NCBI GenBank assembly: GCA_010356995.1
Contig: ML996706.1
Span: forward strand, 124,001 to 188,000
Direction of reading: 5' to 3'
From: Trichodelitschia bisporula
Lineage: Eukaryota
Length of the DNA stretch: 64,000 nucleotides
The notes under the pieces were generated by a model. The model was not told the DNA's origin. It saw only the letters and a list, made by a program, of their open reading frames with translations, and ran no database searches. Every line of letters begins with the position of its first letter. Position 1 is the stretch's first letter. Below are positions 48,421 to 62,792 of this stretch, one piece after another. The position numbers and the translations under genes were made by a program.

Positions 48421-51400
48421 ATGACGGACTCTTCAATTCTTTCGGAGCTCTGTCCCCCACCAAAACTGGTGGACGGCATGCTGGCCGGACGCCCATCTTC
48501 AATTTCAGTCGCCGTAGATCCTGTTGCCCTCGTCATAACAGAATGCATTGCCGTCACGTCGGCCATGCGCAAGCATGCGCGCTGGGCGCATTCGTCCGTT
48601 TCCGCTATTTTGGGGGGAGCCTCAAATCGGCCGCTCCCGCTGGACACACAGGGCCGCAGTCGTGTGGTTCTGCAGGCGCAGATGCAAGAAGAGGAGGGCT
48701 TAGGGGGGAGGTGGGGGCTTCGTGCGAAGAAGAGCAAGGTGGTTCAAGATAACCCGCTCATGTCGGCATTTACAAAGCTCCGGAGCGACCTCAGGCTTTG
48801 CAAAGGTATACTTATAGGAACTGGCAGGCGACATGGCTGACCGCAAGCAGATATTAGAAACTTTGACACCCCAGCGTTGTTACATCCCTTCTTACAAGTC
48901 ATACGATCCTCCTCCACGTCCGCCTCTATCACATCTCTGGCTTTGATTGCGGTCACCAAGTTCCTGTCATACAATGTCATCGGCCGGGACTCCCCGAGGC
49001 TGCCGCAGGCCATGCAATTGCTCTCGGCGGCAATTACACATTGTCGATTCGAGGCGAGCAGTACAGCCGCGGACGAGGTCGTATACGTACGCATCTTGAA
49101 GCTCATGGAGGGCATGGTTTCGGGGCCTGGGGGAGATATACTGAGCGATGAGAGTGTCTGCCAGATTATGGAAACCGGCTTGGGTCTCTGCTGCGAGTCT
49201 AGGTTTACGCAGCTGCTTCAGCGGTCTGCAGAGATTGCCATGGTCTCCATGTGTCAGATCGTCTTTGAGCGACTTAAGCACCTGGAAATCGAAGCCGGAG
49301 ACGAGCCAGGGGCCCTTGACGAGGATACCAAAGATGACATGGATACCGTCAAGATGGATCCCGGAGTTAATGGTACAACAAGCGAAGCGTTCACCGGCAA
49401 CCAGGAAGGAGAACAGGGCACTGCAACGCAGGAAAAAACTGACGAATTGACCGTGGAGAAGCCCCACGAAGAGCCAATTACCAGCTCCTTGGACCTAGCC
49501 AGCGCAGCTGTGTCCGGTGAGCCCTCTATCAAGCCATATTCCCTGCCCTCCATCAAGGAGCTCTTCCGGAGCTTAGTTGAGCTTCTTGATCCGCACGATG
49601 GCCGGTTTACGGATACGATGAGGGTAATTGCGCTTCGCATCATCGATGTTGCGCTTGAGGTTGCCGGCCCATCCATCGCCAGCCACCCAAGCCTCGCCTC
49701 TCTCGCAAAGGATACACTCTGTCGACACCTCTTCCAGCTTGTAAGGTCAGAGAACATGGCAATCCTGAACGAGTCGCTTCGCGTCACTGGAACACTGCTA
49801 GCCACTTGCCGTAGTGTGTTGAAGCTCCAGCAGGAGCTTTACCTTTCATATCTGGTGGCCTGTCTGTTTCCTCGGATTGACATTCCCGCGGAGCCTGGCA
49901 TCAACCCAAAGCTCTACCAAGGCGTTCCTCAGGGGCCGACTTTGATAAAGCCCGCACCCTCTCAGACCAGCAGCGGCCGTTCGACGCCTGTCCCCGTAAA
50001 AGATCGCCAAAAGCTCGGCCTAGAGGGTGGTCTTCGAAAACCTGATGCTAGAGAAGCCATGATCGAGAGCATCGGAGCCTTGGTTAGGATCCCATCCTTC
50101 ATGGCAGAGCTTTTTGTCAATTACGATTGCGAGATTGACCGCACCGACTTGTGTACCGATATGGTAGGGCTTCTGTCTCGAAATGCTTTCCCAGACGCTG
50201 CGACATGGAGTACGACAAATGTTCCGCCACTGTGCCTCGATGCGCTTCTCGGGTACGTCCAATCCATGGCTGACCGACTGGATGACCCTCCTGTAACTGA
50301 AGGTCTCCCAACTGTGGAGCACCTGAGAGCCCAGCGGGGGCTGAAAAAGGTCATCATCACCGGAGCCGCAAAGTTCAATGAAAACCCGAAAGCTGGCATT
50401 TCATTTCTGGCAAATCAAGGCGTCATCAAAAATATTGACGACCCCAAAGAGATTGCCACTTTCGTACGCGGCACCGCAAGACTTGACAAGAAAGTTTTGG
50501 GAGAATTCCTGTCCAAAGGCACAAACGAAAAGATTCTCGGCGCGTTCATGGAGTCGTTTGACTTCCGAGGTCTGTCAGTGCTAGAAGCCCTCCGGCAGCT
50601 CCTCTATACATTCCGGTTACCAGGCGAATCCCAGCTGATCGAACGCATCATCACCGAGTTTTCCTCCAAGTACTTTGCGGATGGCAATCATGATAAGGTT
50701 GCAGACCAAGACGCTGTCTTGGTTCTGAGCTACGCCATAGTCATGCTCAACACTGATCAGCATAGCCCAAACCTCAAAGGCCAGAAGCGCATGGTTCTCG
50801 AAGACTTTGCAAGAAATCTCCGGGGGGTAAATGGCGGGAAGGATTTCGAGCTCGAGTACCTCGAGTCTGTCTTCACCTCCATCCGAAACACAGAAATCGT
50901 CCTCCCTGAAGAGCATAACAACAAAATTGCGTATGAGCACGCGTGGCAAGAGCTGCTTATAAAGATCAAGCAAACGTCGGATGTCACCCTATGCAACACT
51001 AACATTTACGACGCAGACATTTTCGCTGCGACATGGAAGCCCATTGTCGCCACTTTGTCCTATGTCTTCATGTCCGCTTCAGAGGATGCTGTCTTCTCGC
51101 GCGTGTTTACTGGGTTTGACCAGTGTGCTCAACTCGCTGCGAAGCATGGTTTAAGCGACGCACTTGACCAGATTGTCTTTTGCCTGAGCTCCATCAGCAC
51201 GTTGGCTTCAGAAATCCCTCCCAGCACGTCTCTCAACACCGAAGTTCAAGCCAATGACAAGAGCGTTATGGTGTCCGAGACAGCAGTACGCTTTGGTCGC
51301 GATGATCGTGCGCAGCAGGCAACCGTGGTGCTCTTCCGGGTTTTGGAAGGGAATGAGGGTGCCATCCGGGATGCATGGACATCCGTGAGTAGCCTCAGTT

Positions 51401-53429
51401 TGATCTGCAAATTTGGTACTGATTCAACAGATTATTCGCATCTTGCTCAATCTTTTCATCAATTCCTTGATCCCGCCCTCCCTAGCTGCTGTTTCGAACC
51501 ATCTCGATGTACCTCCTATTCCACTCCAGCCGCCAGCCCAGGTCATCGAACGAGGAGAGCGACAGAACGAAGGCGGCCTTTTCTCGATTGTTTCCTCGTA
51601 CGTTTCAAGTTTCGCCAGCGATGAACCTCCCGAACCCTCGGAGCTGGAGATTGAGAATACCCTCTGCGCCGTTGACTGTATAAGCCAGTGTGGATTAGAC
51701 GGGTTCTTCGCGCGGTTGGGGTAAGTTGATATGCCGTCGGTTAGATTCAAGCTAACCTGAAAGTGACCTTCCCATTTCATCTCTGAGGCCACTCCTCGAC
51801 TCGCTCTTAGCTCAGATACCCGAAGATTCTTCCCCCACCGTCATCGTCGTAAAGCCGGATATCCCGGCTCCCTCGCCGCGGCCGAATGGTCACCGTAACA
51901 GAACCGCCTCACCTGCATATGATCCGACGCTTGTATTTGTCCTCGAACTTGCAACCGTACTTGCATTACGAGACGAAGAAACGATAGAGCAGCTTGGTAA
52001 GGATGTTGTTGGAGCACTGCAAGCTGTCCTGCGTAACGCCTCCAGTGTGCATTACGTGACAATTTCGCGGGTTGTATACTATCTGCTCATCCTCCTACGC
52101 GCTGGTGATGTATGTGTCACTTCATTTCCCTCTGCAGAAAACTGCTAACGAGTTAAGCAATTCTCACTTCTCCGCGCCCCACTCCTCCTTCACAACTTCA
52201 CATCCTTCCCGCCTGCCTTGCTACATCAGACGGCACTGCCCCTCCTCACTGGCATCAGCACGTGCATTGCCGGTCCGGCTGGTCTTCGCAAGGAGATGGC
52301 TACATCGCCAGACTTTTGGGACTTGTTACGCCAATTACGGCCTGCTCCAGACGCCGCGCCGCGTGTCTTCGCCATCCTTACCGATCTTGTCGAACCTCCC
52401 GGTGCGCCCGGCGTGTCGGCGGACAACTACGAACAGGCCGTGATGCTGCTCGAGGAGTTTGCCGATGCGGGTGCTGTAGGAGCGATAGAGGAACAGCGAA
52501 GGGACGCAATCGCACGACGTCAGCATAAAGATCCCCGGTCGCGGCAGACGCAAGTGCCTCGTTGCGAACATGATGACGAAGTCAAGCGTGCGGTCAAAGC
52601 CGTGGCGCTGGTCCTGGCGCTATCGAGCAAGGTGCCGTCGTTCATCAGCCAGAGCCAGCTGGAGCGACGAGAGGCCTGGGCGGCGTACTGGAGTCCCATC
52701 TTCCGGGTTCTGGCCGGGCAGTGCCTGAACCCGTGTCGCGAAGTCCGCACCATGGCATTCTCGGGGCTGAGGCAGGCGCTGCTAAGTCGGGAGGTTGTTG
52801 ACTCTAGCGGCGAGAAGGGCGATACGGATGGGGAAGGGAATGAGAAGGAGGCTGAGGGGGAGTGGACGCGCATTTTCGGCGAGGTGCTGTTCCCACTTGT
52901 CTGGAAACTCCTGAAGCCGGAAGTGTACGCCTCGGATCCCGTTGGCATGAGCGAGACGCGGGTGCAAGCCGCGCAGCTGTTGTGCCGGATCTTCTTGCAC
53001 TATCTAGTCGCCCTGGAAGAAGGGGGTGTGCTTGTTGAGGTGTGGGGGAGGATACTTGGGGTTATGGACCGCTTGGTAAACAGTGGGCAAGGCGATACTC
53101 TGGTAAGCCTCACATCCAAGCCTCACGCAATACGATTGCTAACCTGCATCTAGGAGGAGGCTGTTGCGGAGAACATGAAGAATATCCTCCTCGTCATGTC
53201 TTCGGGGGGTTACCTTGCGCCACCTGAGCAAAAGCCCGAATATGAGGAGCTCTGGGCTGAGACATGGAAGAGGCTCAACCGCTTCTTACCCGATCTTTTC
53301 GCGGAGTTGTTCCCCGAAGAGGCGAAGAAGCCTATTCCAGCAATCGCCAAAGGCAAGATAGCCACTCCAGCTAGTCCTGAGGTTAAGCAGGAACCTGCTG
53401 TAGTCGAGGAAGAGAAGGTGGAGGCATAA
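48421..53429 (+). CDS. GEA2: Sec7-domain ARF guanine-nucleotide exchange factor (Gea/GBF1)
   Basis: DCB/HUS region (PFLQVIRSS, THCRFEAS, ELFVNYDCE), Sec7 motif FRLPGESQLIERI and YAIVMLNTDQHS, HDS region (QCLNPCREVR, ENMKNILLVM); five introns. Confidence 0.94.
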
Positions 53430-54526
53430 GCGATTGGTATTGAGTCTTAGTTCTAATAAATTGAAACTTTTGCAGATGGTGTAATGTGACATACTCAGAT
53501 TGCTCGACGTCCACTTAGTGGGCGGGTCCATACGGCGAAGAAAAGCACTGGTCAAAACACTTATAGATTGGGTATTCTTCAAGTGAATTGATGGCATATT
53601 TGCAGTGCTTGCTCACCATGTAGCGCGGCCTCGCCAGATTGTGGATGGTGTTGATCTCCCGCTTCTGGCCCGGCTAGTGGGGCCACTCACGACGTCACGA
53701 CCCCACCACTTCACAGCCCGGAGTCCGGGGATTGATAAAGTGAGTGCGGAGGTTCAAGGGTCATAGGAATACTTATAATGGATCCACTTCCGGGATCGTG
53801 CTCTAGGGGCTTAATGGTTGAAGACCGGGGGTCGCTCCTCTACACTGGCTTTGTGGCCACGACGGCCAGAACAGCCACTGATTCACGGCATCTTCCTGCA
53901 CGAATTGTAGTACCAAAAAAAAAAAAGGCTTTTGAGTGGGGACCTGTGAGACACAGTTGACGTATTGGCGGTTGGATACGAAGCGGGACGTGCGGGTATT
54001 TAGTTAACATCATATCACCAACCCCGCAGCCACAATGGTCAATGGTGCATGACGTCCGGAGGGTAGAAAAGTACGGATGTAAAGAGCCTGATGGAGAGAG
54101 AAGTTGGCTGTTGGAATTACTACGTAGTAGCGCTACAAGTAGTACCCCAGCTAGCAGTAGACGACGACCCCGGTTCGATGTATCCTGTCCTCAAGTCCTA
54201 TCCCGGACTCCCCTCCCTTCATGCTTCATCTCTCATCTCCCCCTCACCCCACCTCCGCCGGAAGCAATTGCTCTTTGTTCTCATCCACGACTTTCGCTTT
54301 CTGCTTTCCGTGTCCAGGACGACGCGACAAACGTCCATTAGGCCTCCGGCGGCTCCTTCGCTTTGATTGCTCCGCCAACCCATTTGCACATTCCTGTAGG
54401 CAGCACCTAACCACTCCACCACTCCTTCCCTCGAGCTCACAGGCTAATTGAGCAACGCGGACCAGTTTTTCACACTGTACCTGTCCACAAATCTTCAATC
54501 TACACCTGCACAGCTCGATAGACATA

Positions 54527-56235
54527 ATGGTTGCTGTAAGTGACCCTCAGAGAGACTGCGACGCCTGCGCTCCGAATGATCTTGCTGACAGCTTCCAGTT
54601 GTCTCGCTACCTCGCCGCTCTGAGCGCCTTCGCTGCTGGCGCTGCGGCCGGTGTTAATCCGGTCGTGGTCAAGGGAACTGACTTTGTTGACACGGTCACT
54701 AATAACCGTGTTATGATCATCGGTGTCGAGTATGTGCTTCTCGCGTGAAGTCACGTCGCTTCCCTCGGTCCCTAAACTACGTACTGATCATTCGCAGTTA
54801 TCAACCCGGCGGCCAGGCTGCATACGATCCGAATTCTCACAAGGACGTTCTTAGCGACGGCGCTGTATGCCTGCGGGACGCGGCGTTGCTGCAGAAGCTT
54901 GGTGTACGTTGCGCATAACTGACATGGCCGCTCAAGCTTATCCCTCTAGGTCAATACCATCCGCGTGTACAACGTGGATCCCACGGCGAACCATGACCTT
55001 TGCGCGAGCATCTTCAACGCAGCTGGCATCTACATGATCATCGACGTGAACTCGCCGCAGGAGAGCATCAATCGCGCCGATCCCGGCAGCTCGTATACGA
55101 CTGATTACCTGACGCGCATCTTCGGCATTGTCGAGGCCTTCAAGAACTACCCGAATACCATGGCCTTTTTTGCCGCCAATGAAGTCATGAATGATGTAGA
55201 CACGGCACAGGCGAACCCTCCGTACATTCGGGTATGTTGAGCCCGTCTGTAGATGTCGACATGTGACAGTCATGCTCTTCAAAACCGCACATTTTTTCGC
55301 TTACTGACGCTTTACAGGCAGTCCAGCGCGACTTGAAGCAATACATCGCCGCGCACTCTTCGCGTCCCATCCCAGTCGGCTACAGCGCCGCCGATGTGCG
55401 TAGCATCCTCCAGGATACATGGTCCTACCTCCAGTGCAGCGACACGAACTCCACGGACGCCGACCTGTCGCGCTCTGACTTCTTCGGGTTGAACAGCTAC
55501 TCCTGGTGCGGCGCAGATGCTACGTACACTTCTGCTGGCTACGATCAGCTGGTCGCCATGTTCGCTTCGAGCACAATCCCTGTGTTTTTCTCCGAGTATG
55601 GCTGCAACAAGCCGTCAGGGAAGCCACGCGTCTTCAATGAGGTCCAGTCCCTCTATGGTACGCAGATGACGGGTCTGTCAGGCGGGCTGGTCTACGAGTA
55701 CTCGCAAGAGCCGTCCGACTACGGTCTGGTCATCCTCAATAACAACGGATCGGTGGCACTCCGTGGCGATTACGACAACCTCAAGGGCCAGTACTCGAAG
55801 CTGGACGTTAAGTTGCTTGAGAGCACCACGGCGAGCCAGACGTCAGCCCAGCCGCCCACTTGCTCCGCCGGCCTCCTCACCGCAGGCTCTGGCTTCACGA
55901 CAGACTTCACTGTGCCTAAACAGCCGACGGGTGCAGCTGCCCTGATCAAGAACGGCATCAGCAATCCGAAGAACGGCAAGATCATTGCTACCGGCGACCT
56001 CAACGTCAAGCAACAAGTGTTCGACTCGCAGGGCCGCGCGGTCAAGGGCATGGCCGTTACTCCGCTTAATGGGGCGAACGCGCCTGGTGGACCTGGTACG
56101 TCAGGCTCGACGACGGGTACCGGAACTGCAGCTGCTCCTGGCGCGACAAAGAAGGGTGCCGCGACGATGCTGCATCCTGGTTCGTTGGATCTCCTAGTGG
56201 GGATGCTGATATCGGGGCTGGTGTTCGCAATCTGA
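54527..56235 (+). CDS. GH72 1,3-beta-glucanosyltransferase (Gel/Gas family, no X8 domain), GPI-anchored
   Basis: Signal peptide, YQPGG, CLRDA, NTIRVYN, catalytic ANEV and FFSEYGCN, FFGLNSYSWCG, SGGLVYEY; Thr/Gly-rich tail and hydrophobic GPI signal; four introns. Confidence 0.94.
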
Positions 56236-57040
56236 GATGATTTTTTGCATGCGCAGGGAAGCCTCTTGAGCGTTCGGTGTATAACTTCTATCTGCTTCAC
56301 TATTTGCGGCGGGGTTACGAGTTACGGATTGTGCGGCTTTGCTCTCTAGGCTCTTTAACTCTGGTCCGGTCTGGTCAATGGGGTTATGGGTGTAGACTTC
56401 ATGTCGGTCGACGAGTATGGATGATGAGGGGATCAGGAGTTGGGTGGTCGACTCAAGTATAGGGTTATTCTAACCATTATGCTTCAGCTTATTACCTCGC
56501 TAGGGGGCTTCAGGGAGACTGAGAGGCTGCTAATATCGCTAAAGCTTCATCCATTTGGATGCCTTGCCCTTCATGTCTACAGCGTTATGCAAACCCGTCC
56601 TTAGCGTCCACATTTCACGTATAAATAACCGGTGGCTCGCGGCACTATCTCCAACTCAAACAAACCCCTGAGTCTCACTGTGTAACATTTCACTACAGGT
56701 TCTGCCCGTTTCGGTCATACTCCAGAAGCCACACCTTCACAGCGCCTGATATCGGACATTCAATCTTGCTTCAGCACTTTATTCAATGTGCTAGTAGGAA
56801 CATGTAGGCTGTGCTCAATGAAATTGGTTCAGATCAAACCTGACATCCTAATCATTTTGAGAAAAGACGTGAAGACTTTAACTTCAGTTGCCTCGCTCCA
56901 TAAAACGTCAAACTTTGCCACCCGGACGGTATCTCGGCGCGAGCCATTCCCATCCCATCCCTTCTTAAACAAAGCAAGTAACATGCTCAGATATCCAAGC
57001 ATGAACGCAAATCAAACATCATAGCCTCATCACCGGCAAA

Positions 57041-59974
57041 CTATGACTGGTACCCTTGGTTCGGGTATCCTTGGGGATAAAACACCGTCTCCGTCGCACT
57101 AATCATATCCCTAACCTGGCCCGCACCACTCGCCTCCAGCGTATCCATGAGCTCAACCTGCTGGCCGCGGTTAAGGCCGACGCCAAACCCGTTGGCAGCA
57201 AATGAGGAGACGCCGAGATTCATACTTCCGCCGGGGGCAGCGAGGCCGCCGAACCCGCCGCCCCAAAGGGAAGTTTCGGGTCCTTGGACGGCGAGGTTCC
57301 AGGATGGGGCGTATAGATACTGTGCGTAGTCTACTTGGGGGATGCCCGGGGTTGTGGAGAGAGCGGGGAGGGAGGGGGGCATGTTTGAGGAGAGGGTGTC
57401 CATGTTTGAGAAGTCGAGGGGGGCGTCGAAGGGGGAGAGGGCGGGGATGGGAGTGAAGGCGGACTGATGTGGGTGCTGTTGCTGCTGTTGCTGCTGGTCG
57501 TGCAGTTGATGTTGGTAGTTTTGCTGTTGCCGTTGCTGTTGTTGTTGCGGCTGTGAGGAGGATTCGGCTGAGTTATTGAGGTTGAAGGTCGGGTTCCAGG
57601 AGAAATCGGACTTGAAGCCTGTTGATGCTGCTGGTTGGTAGTTATTTTGGTCATTCCAGGAGGGAGTGCGTGCGGCCGGCGCATCGGCAGTGGAGACGAA
57701 CGATGGTGTAGGGGTATACGGCGTGGTGACGGTGTTGTTGGATGTGGTTGAGGAGTGAGAGAGACGCTGGTTGTATGCCGACGGCGTAGCGGAGAGTGAT
57801 GAAGCAGGGGATGACGCTGTGTTGCTAGCATTGGGTTTGGCTGAGCTAAGCGGTGAATGCCTTGCAGGGAAGCTGAATGATGGCTGCGGGGATATGTAGC
57901 TGAACGGACTTTCGTCGGCCGGAGAATCAGACCTCATTCCCTGGGCGGAATTGGGGGCGGAATCCGAGGATGGGTGCGGCGGAAGACTGGGGGCTGCAGG
58001 ACTTGCAGTCCGTGAGCGTGGGTAATCAATACCGGTTGACTCGGCAGGAGATCCGGCCTCGATCGGGAAGTCGCCCTCGTTGTCATATATTTTGATGACA
58101 GCGTCGACGAGAGTGCGATAGAGCTGGATCGCGGATGCCACTCCCGGCCATCGCTCCGTTGCCTGTGAAATACATTCAAGAGCGACCTCGAGATGGCCTT
58201 CAACTTCTTCGCGAGGATGTGCTGCTCGTATTTCAGCGTACGAGAGCGACCAGAGGATCGTATTGATGGTCATGAAGATGGCCTGCGTAAAGATCCACGT
58301 CATTTCCACGTTGCGAGCTTTTATTTGAGCGCGATGCATGTAGATGTTGAACTTGACAGCATCGTAGCAGCGCGCGGCGGCTCTCGCTGAAGGTCGGGGA
58401 ACTTGGGGAGAAGGGCGATACATGAAGACGACCATGGTGTTGTAGCGACCGACGAACCTTGTTCAGTTAGCAGAAGATACGAGCAAACGTGAGATCACTT
58501 ACCATGCTTTGTCGAGACCCGTCTCAACATCTTCCGGTGTTGCGTCTTTCCATGCCTCGATTTTGGCATCCATATCCTTGAACCACTGGTCCTGGTCGTT
58601 CACTGGCTCTGAGCGCTTCTTTTGATAAAGCTTGCGCCGAATCTCCAGCTGATGCAGCCGCATCTTGTGAAAATGGATACCGATCCACTTCTTCAAACTT
58701 TGCGGTGCTCCGGGCCTGACACCTTCCGGTGTGATGTATTCGTCATCCACAGTATGATACCAATTGACATCGATATGTTCTTGCAGGGTGGCAAAGCACG
58801 ATGGCCGTCCAAGAGAATGAGCAAGTGCAAAATCCATGTTGATCATCGACCAGAACACCCGACGGTTCATGTCAATTTCAAGCGCGTTCAGTTCTCTTCC
58901 GTCTTCACTCTGTGATAGCGTCTTTTCTTCGCACAATCCCAGGGCCTGGAGTAATCGCACGCCCAATCCGATGACGTAGTAAACGGCAGTGCGCGTCGGT
59001 GTGAGCAGTGAATAGGCCGCGATAAGAGCGAAGCACTGGATGGTCTTGATATTCATCGGTTTTACGGCCTCTTCAAAGTACTGTAGCGCTGCAAGATAGA
59101 AGCTGTCCGCCAAACCGGCATACTGAGTGTCCATGCGCTGGAGACTGACAGCGATGACCATACGCACTGCAAAGTTTTGAAAGGCATTTGTAGAGCCGTT
59201 GTATACGTCCTCAACGTCTTGGGCGAAGGTCGGCTCATGTAAGAAGGGGTACATGGCCATGACTAACGTGAGTTATAATGAAATTCTCACAGTTAAAAAA
59301 GGACATCATACCCTTGAGGTTGAAAAGCCGAACCAAGGAATTGGTCAAGTCCCGCTGGGGCAGCCGTTCGGCGGCGATGGCACTGATTAGTGGATACTCC
59401 TTCTTGTCGTCGCGCTCAAACTGGTCCTTGACATCTTGCGCGGTGTTTTCCGGGATAACTTCAGTGATGCTCGCGGATCCCGTAAATTGCTTCGCCAGTT
59501 GCATCACAAGCCGGGTGATGGCGATTCCACTCGACGGCCCGAGGAACTTGGACTCGTCGTTGTCGTGAATCGCCACTCGAGCGCCATTGCGCACGAGATC
59601 CTCCGGGTCCGGATACAGGTCGTCCTTTTCGAGATGGGCTAGCTGCTTTTCCAGATCGCGCACCCGATGCTGAAGATAGACGACATAGTTCCGGGACATC
59701 TTCTTGTTCCTCGCCTGGTCAAAGTACTCGCAAGGCGAGTTGGTCCTCTCGCAAGGACCACACCGGGGAAGGCCCGGATCGCATCGCGTTTTCCTCTGAA
59801 GAAGTGGTTAGCTCAGAGAGGACAGGACAAGTGGCGAATGGATGGATCACTTACAGATCTACACCGAGAACATGCTGTCAAGGTGTGTGCAATTCGCGGC
59901 GACGAAACATCGTCAACTGGACGCGCTCCTCCATTTTGGCGGCGCGTGAAGGCTCTGGCTGAGGGCGTCGCCAT
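57041..59974 (-). CDS. Zn(II)2Cys6 transcription factor with fungal TF middle-homology domain
   Basis: Spliced cluster ACSRCRSRKTRCDPGLPRCGPCERTNSPC; FLGPSSG, YPFLHEP, RRVFWS...SLGRP; Ser/Pro/Gln-rich C-terminus; three introns. Confidence 0.92.
57470..57548. repeat. CAG/CAA-rich run (minus strand) encoding poly-Gln tracts
   Basis: TGC/TGT triplets on the + strand; QPQQQQQRQQQ...QQQQQQQ in the TF C-terminus. Confidence 0.8.
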
Positions 59975-59984
59975 TTGATGCCGC

Positions 59985-60032
59985 GGGGGGGGGGGGGGGG
60001 GGGGGTGGGGTGGGGGGGGGGGGGGGGGGGGG
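59985..60032. repeat. Poly-G tract G21-T-G4-T-G21
   Basis: Read directly; begins 10 nt from the minus-strand TF start codon. Confidence 0.85.
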
Positions 60033-62039
60033 AGGGAGTTGTTAGATCGGGGGGTATCGGATTTCTGGAAAAAGGGTCCAGGTGGGGAAGCGGGGTCACC
60101 AAACTTTACTGCAACGTACGTGGTGTTGGATATTGAGCAACGAGAAGGGGAGATTGCATTATGATCAAGATAGAAGAATGGAGAACGAGGAGAAGAGATG
60201 ACAGAGCAGGTCAACGGCTGCGGAGGTTCGCAGGAGACCGAAAAGTGTCGCACGGTACCGGTCACGAAGCGCTTCAGGCAAGGACGACGCGGGTCGTTGG
60301 ATCACTTGGCTTCATGGCGCAAGAGAAACGAAGCCAAGGATTAAGGCTAAATGAGGCAAGGGTTTGGTGAGAGCAGCGGGGGGCGAAAGTGCTCGAGTGG
60401 GGCGAGTCGAAGGTGGGCTGTGATTCCGTATCGTGTGTGATTGACTGTTGGAAAAGGCAATCCCCAGCCAAGTAAGTGGGGGTGGAATGGCCATGACAAG
60501 TTTACAGTACTGTGCACGTAGTATGGAGCCCGGCTCGATGTATTTACATAGACGTGTTTCGGCCTTCCTATCTCTCCCAAGTGTCCTTCGTATTCAATGA
60601 TCCTTGGGCCGATTCTTCTAGAAAAAGGGTTGCGATCTTCTCCATCACCCGTATTCCCCCCCCACCATGTCGTCTGCTTTAGCCTAATCGCCATTCAGCC
60701 TGGCGATGAACCGGAGCTGCACACGTCCAGTAGATACAGAGGATACTACATGATGGCTGACGACCGCACGTGGGGCCTTAAGCGAACCGACTGTCCCCTA
60801 TCTACCATGTACCGCTCTCCCCGTGTCTCTATTGCATGCTCGAGACCCGGCGATGCGCTTCAGGCGCTTCTGCGATGCATCTATCCGCAGGGGTACATAC
60901 CGAGAGTGGTGCATCAAGGTACGGAACATGACAGCTGAAAAACGGGCCCAAGAGGACTTGTCCGTAGGAATTTCGAAGCAAAATTGCACTCTGTCCAGCC
61001 CACCCGATAGGATAAAACGTCTTGGGAACAATTCCCAGTTGGCGGAAGAGGCGGATTCCTCCGGCTTGGGCGTTCCGAATAATCGCCCGGCGGGTAAAAC
61101 AGCCACGGCCTCATCCGGCCTCGTAGGGCTCGTTCTTTTGCTTTTTCCTATCCGTCTACTGCATGAATGCATCAAGCGAAACGGGCTTCTACCGGAGAAG
61201 AGCGAGGCCAGCGGGGCAGCACTTGGCCATTCCTAACGGTAGATGGAGTATGTAACTAGGGGATGGACCAGGCATTAGCACACTTGACGGTCTGGTAAAA
61301 CTCTCTTGATTCCCCCAAAAGCCTTCCCCCCTCTGTCCTTTCTTCACACCGCTCGACGGCCGGCAAACGATATTTTCATACCTCATTCCTCCTCCTCCAC
61401 GTAGAGATTTACGGTGCAGATTGAGCTCGCTCTCTTTTCTCTGTGACTCCGACAATCGTTTGTCTCTGCGGGGTGGGGAACGCTGTGCAAGGCAACAGCA
61501 GCAGAAACTACAGCCCAGCCAGCAGCCTTTTCTGCACAGTTTCCCACATAACCTTACTATCTGTGCCCAATTCCCCCGCGCGACCGCTGGTTTCGCGTCG
61601 AGCTGTGGTGCGTTGAAGTCAAGTCGGCCAATCGCAAGCGTAGCAGCTGGCGGTCAGCCCCTCCTGCCCTGCCCTTGGTGACTTCAAGCCTTGAAGCCTG
61701 GAGGCATATACGGTGGACGGCAAGATTCATCATCACTTCCCCAGCAGAGAGGCAAGGGATTGAAGCAGACAAGGTGCGTGTTTGGGAAGAGGATAGACTT
61801 TTCTTCCCTTCAGCGAAAGGGGAGAGATGTGTGTTAACAAAAAAGGGTGAAAAGGATTCGCTCAATCTACCAACGTAGCTGACCGAGCTTTTGTTGGACT
61901 GGCGGGACGGGGTTTAGGGATCTTAACTTTCCATAACCCCTCCATCCACATAATCCATCAACCCCTCCCCCTTCCCCCTCTGTCGACCGACTGGGCATTT
62001 GCTCCCCCGCGGCTACTCCGTCCAACCCCAGCTTCTGAT

Positions 62040-62270
62040 CCCCCCGCCCACCATCCACCATCCACCATCTCACTACCTCAACCACCACAACCCCCCCACC
62101 CCCTCCCATCTCGCCCCTCACCTCCAAGTCAGGTGCATCCGTTCCGCCTGCGCACAATTCCCCCCACCACTTACCACCACCACTACCACCATCTCTAACC
62201 CCCCCGCCAAACACCACACACCATACACCATACACCGCACCACCACAAGCATACTCACCACCGCCACTTC
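62040..62270. repeat. C/A-rich low-complexity tract (degenerate CCA/CAC repeats)
   Basis: Strongly G-depleted; upstream of the plus-strand TF. Confidence 0.65.
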
Positions 62271-62792
62271 TGCTCAATCTCCCCGACCTTTTGCCTTTCT
62301 GCCTAGACGCGCAAAAACGCACACCCTAGCTCCGCCCTACCAAAACGCGCTTTCCTGGGACCACGCGAAAGCCGTTGTTTCTTGAAGCTGGGAAAAAGAA
62401 GGAAGCAAGGCTACGGCTCCCTCGTGCCCCACCCTTGGGTCGTATCAAACTCGACACAATGTACGTGGGTGTCTTTCGCTTTGTACGCCCCATTAACTCG
62501 TCACCTTCTCCGCCTGTCTGTACATGAAGAAACCACCAATGTAGCAGTGGCAAGTCGGTATCTTCTCTTTCATCAGGCTGCGCCAGCCTCTCTCCATCAC
62601 CTCCCCCCAGTCTCTATCATTTACATATTGTCATCATGATGTTCCAGTCATACTCATCTTTGCTTTCTCATCTTGCACCTTCTCCGATGCCAATATCGCT
62701 TCTCTTTCTTACGCTGGGCTTTCGTCTAAAGTCGCCCACATCCTTTCATCATCCTTCTCTCCTTCCTCACGTGCAGTCTCCCATTAACCAAC

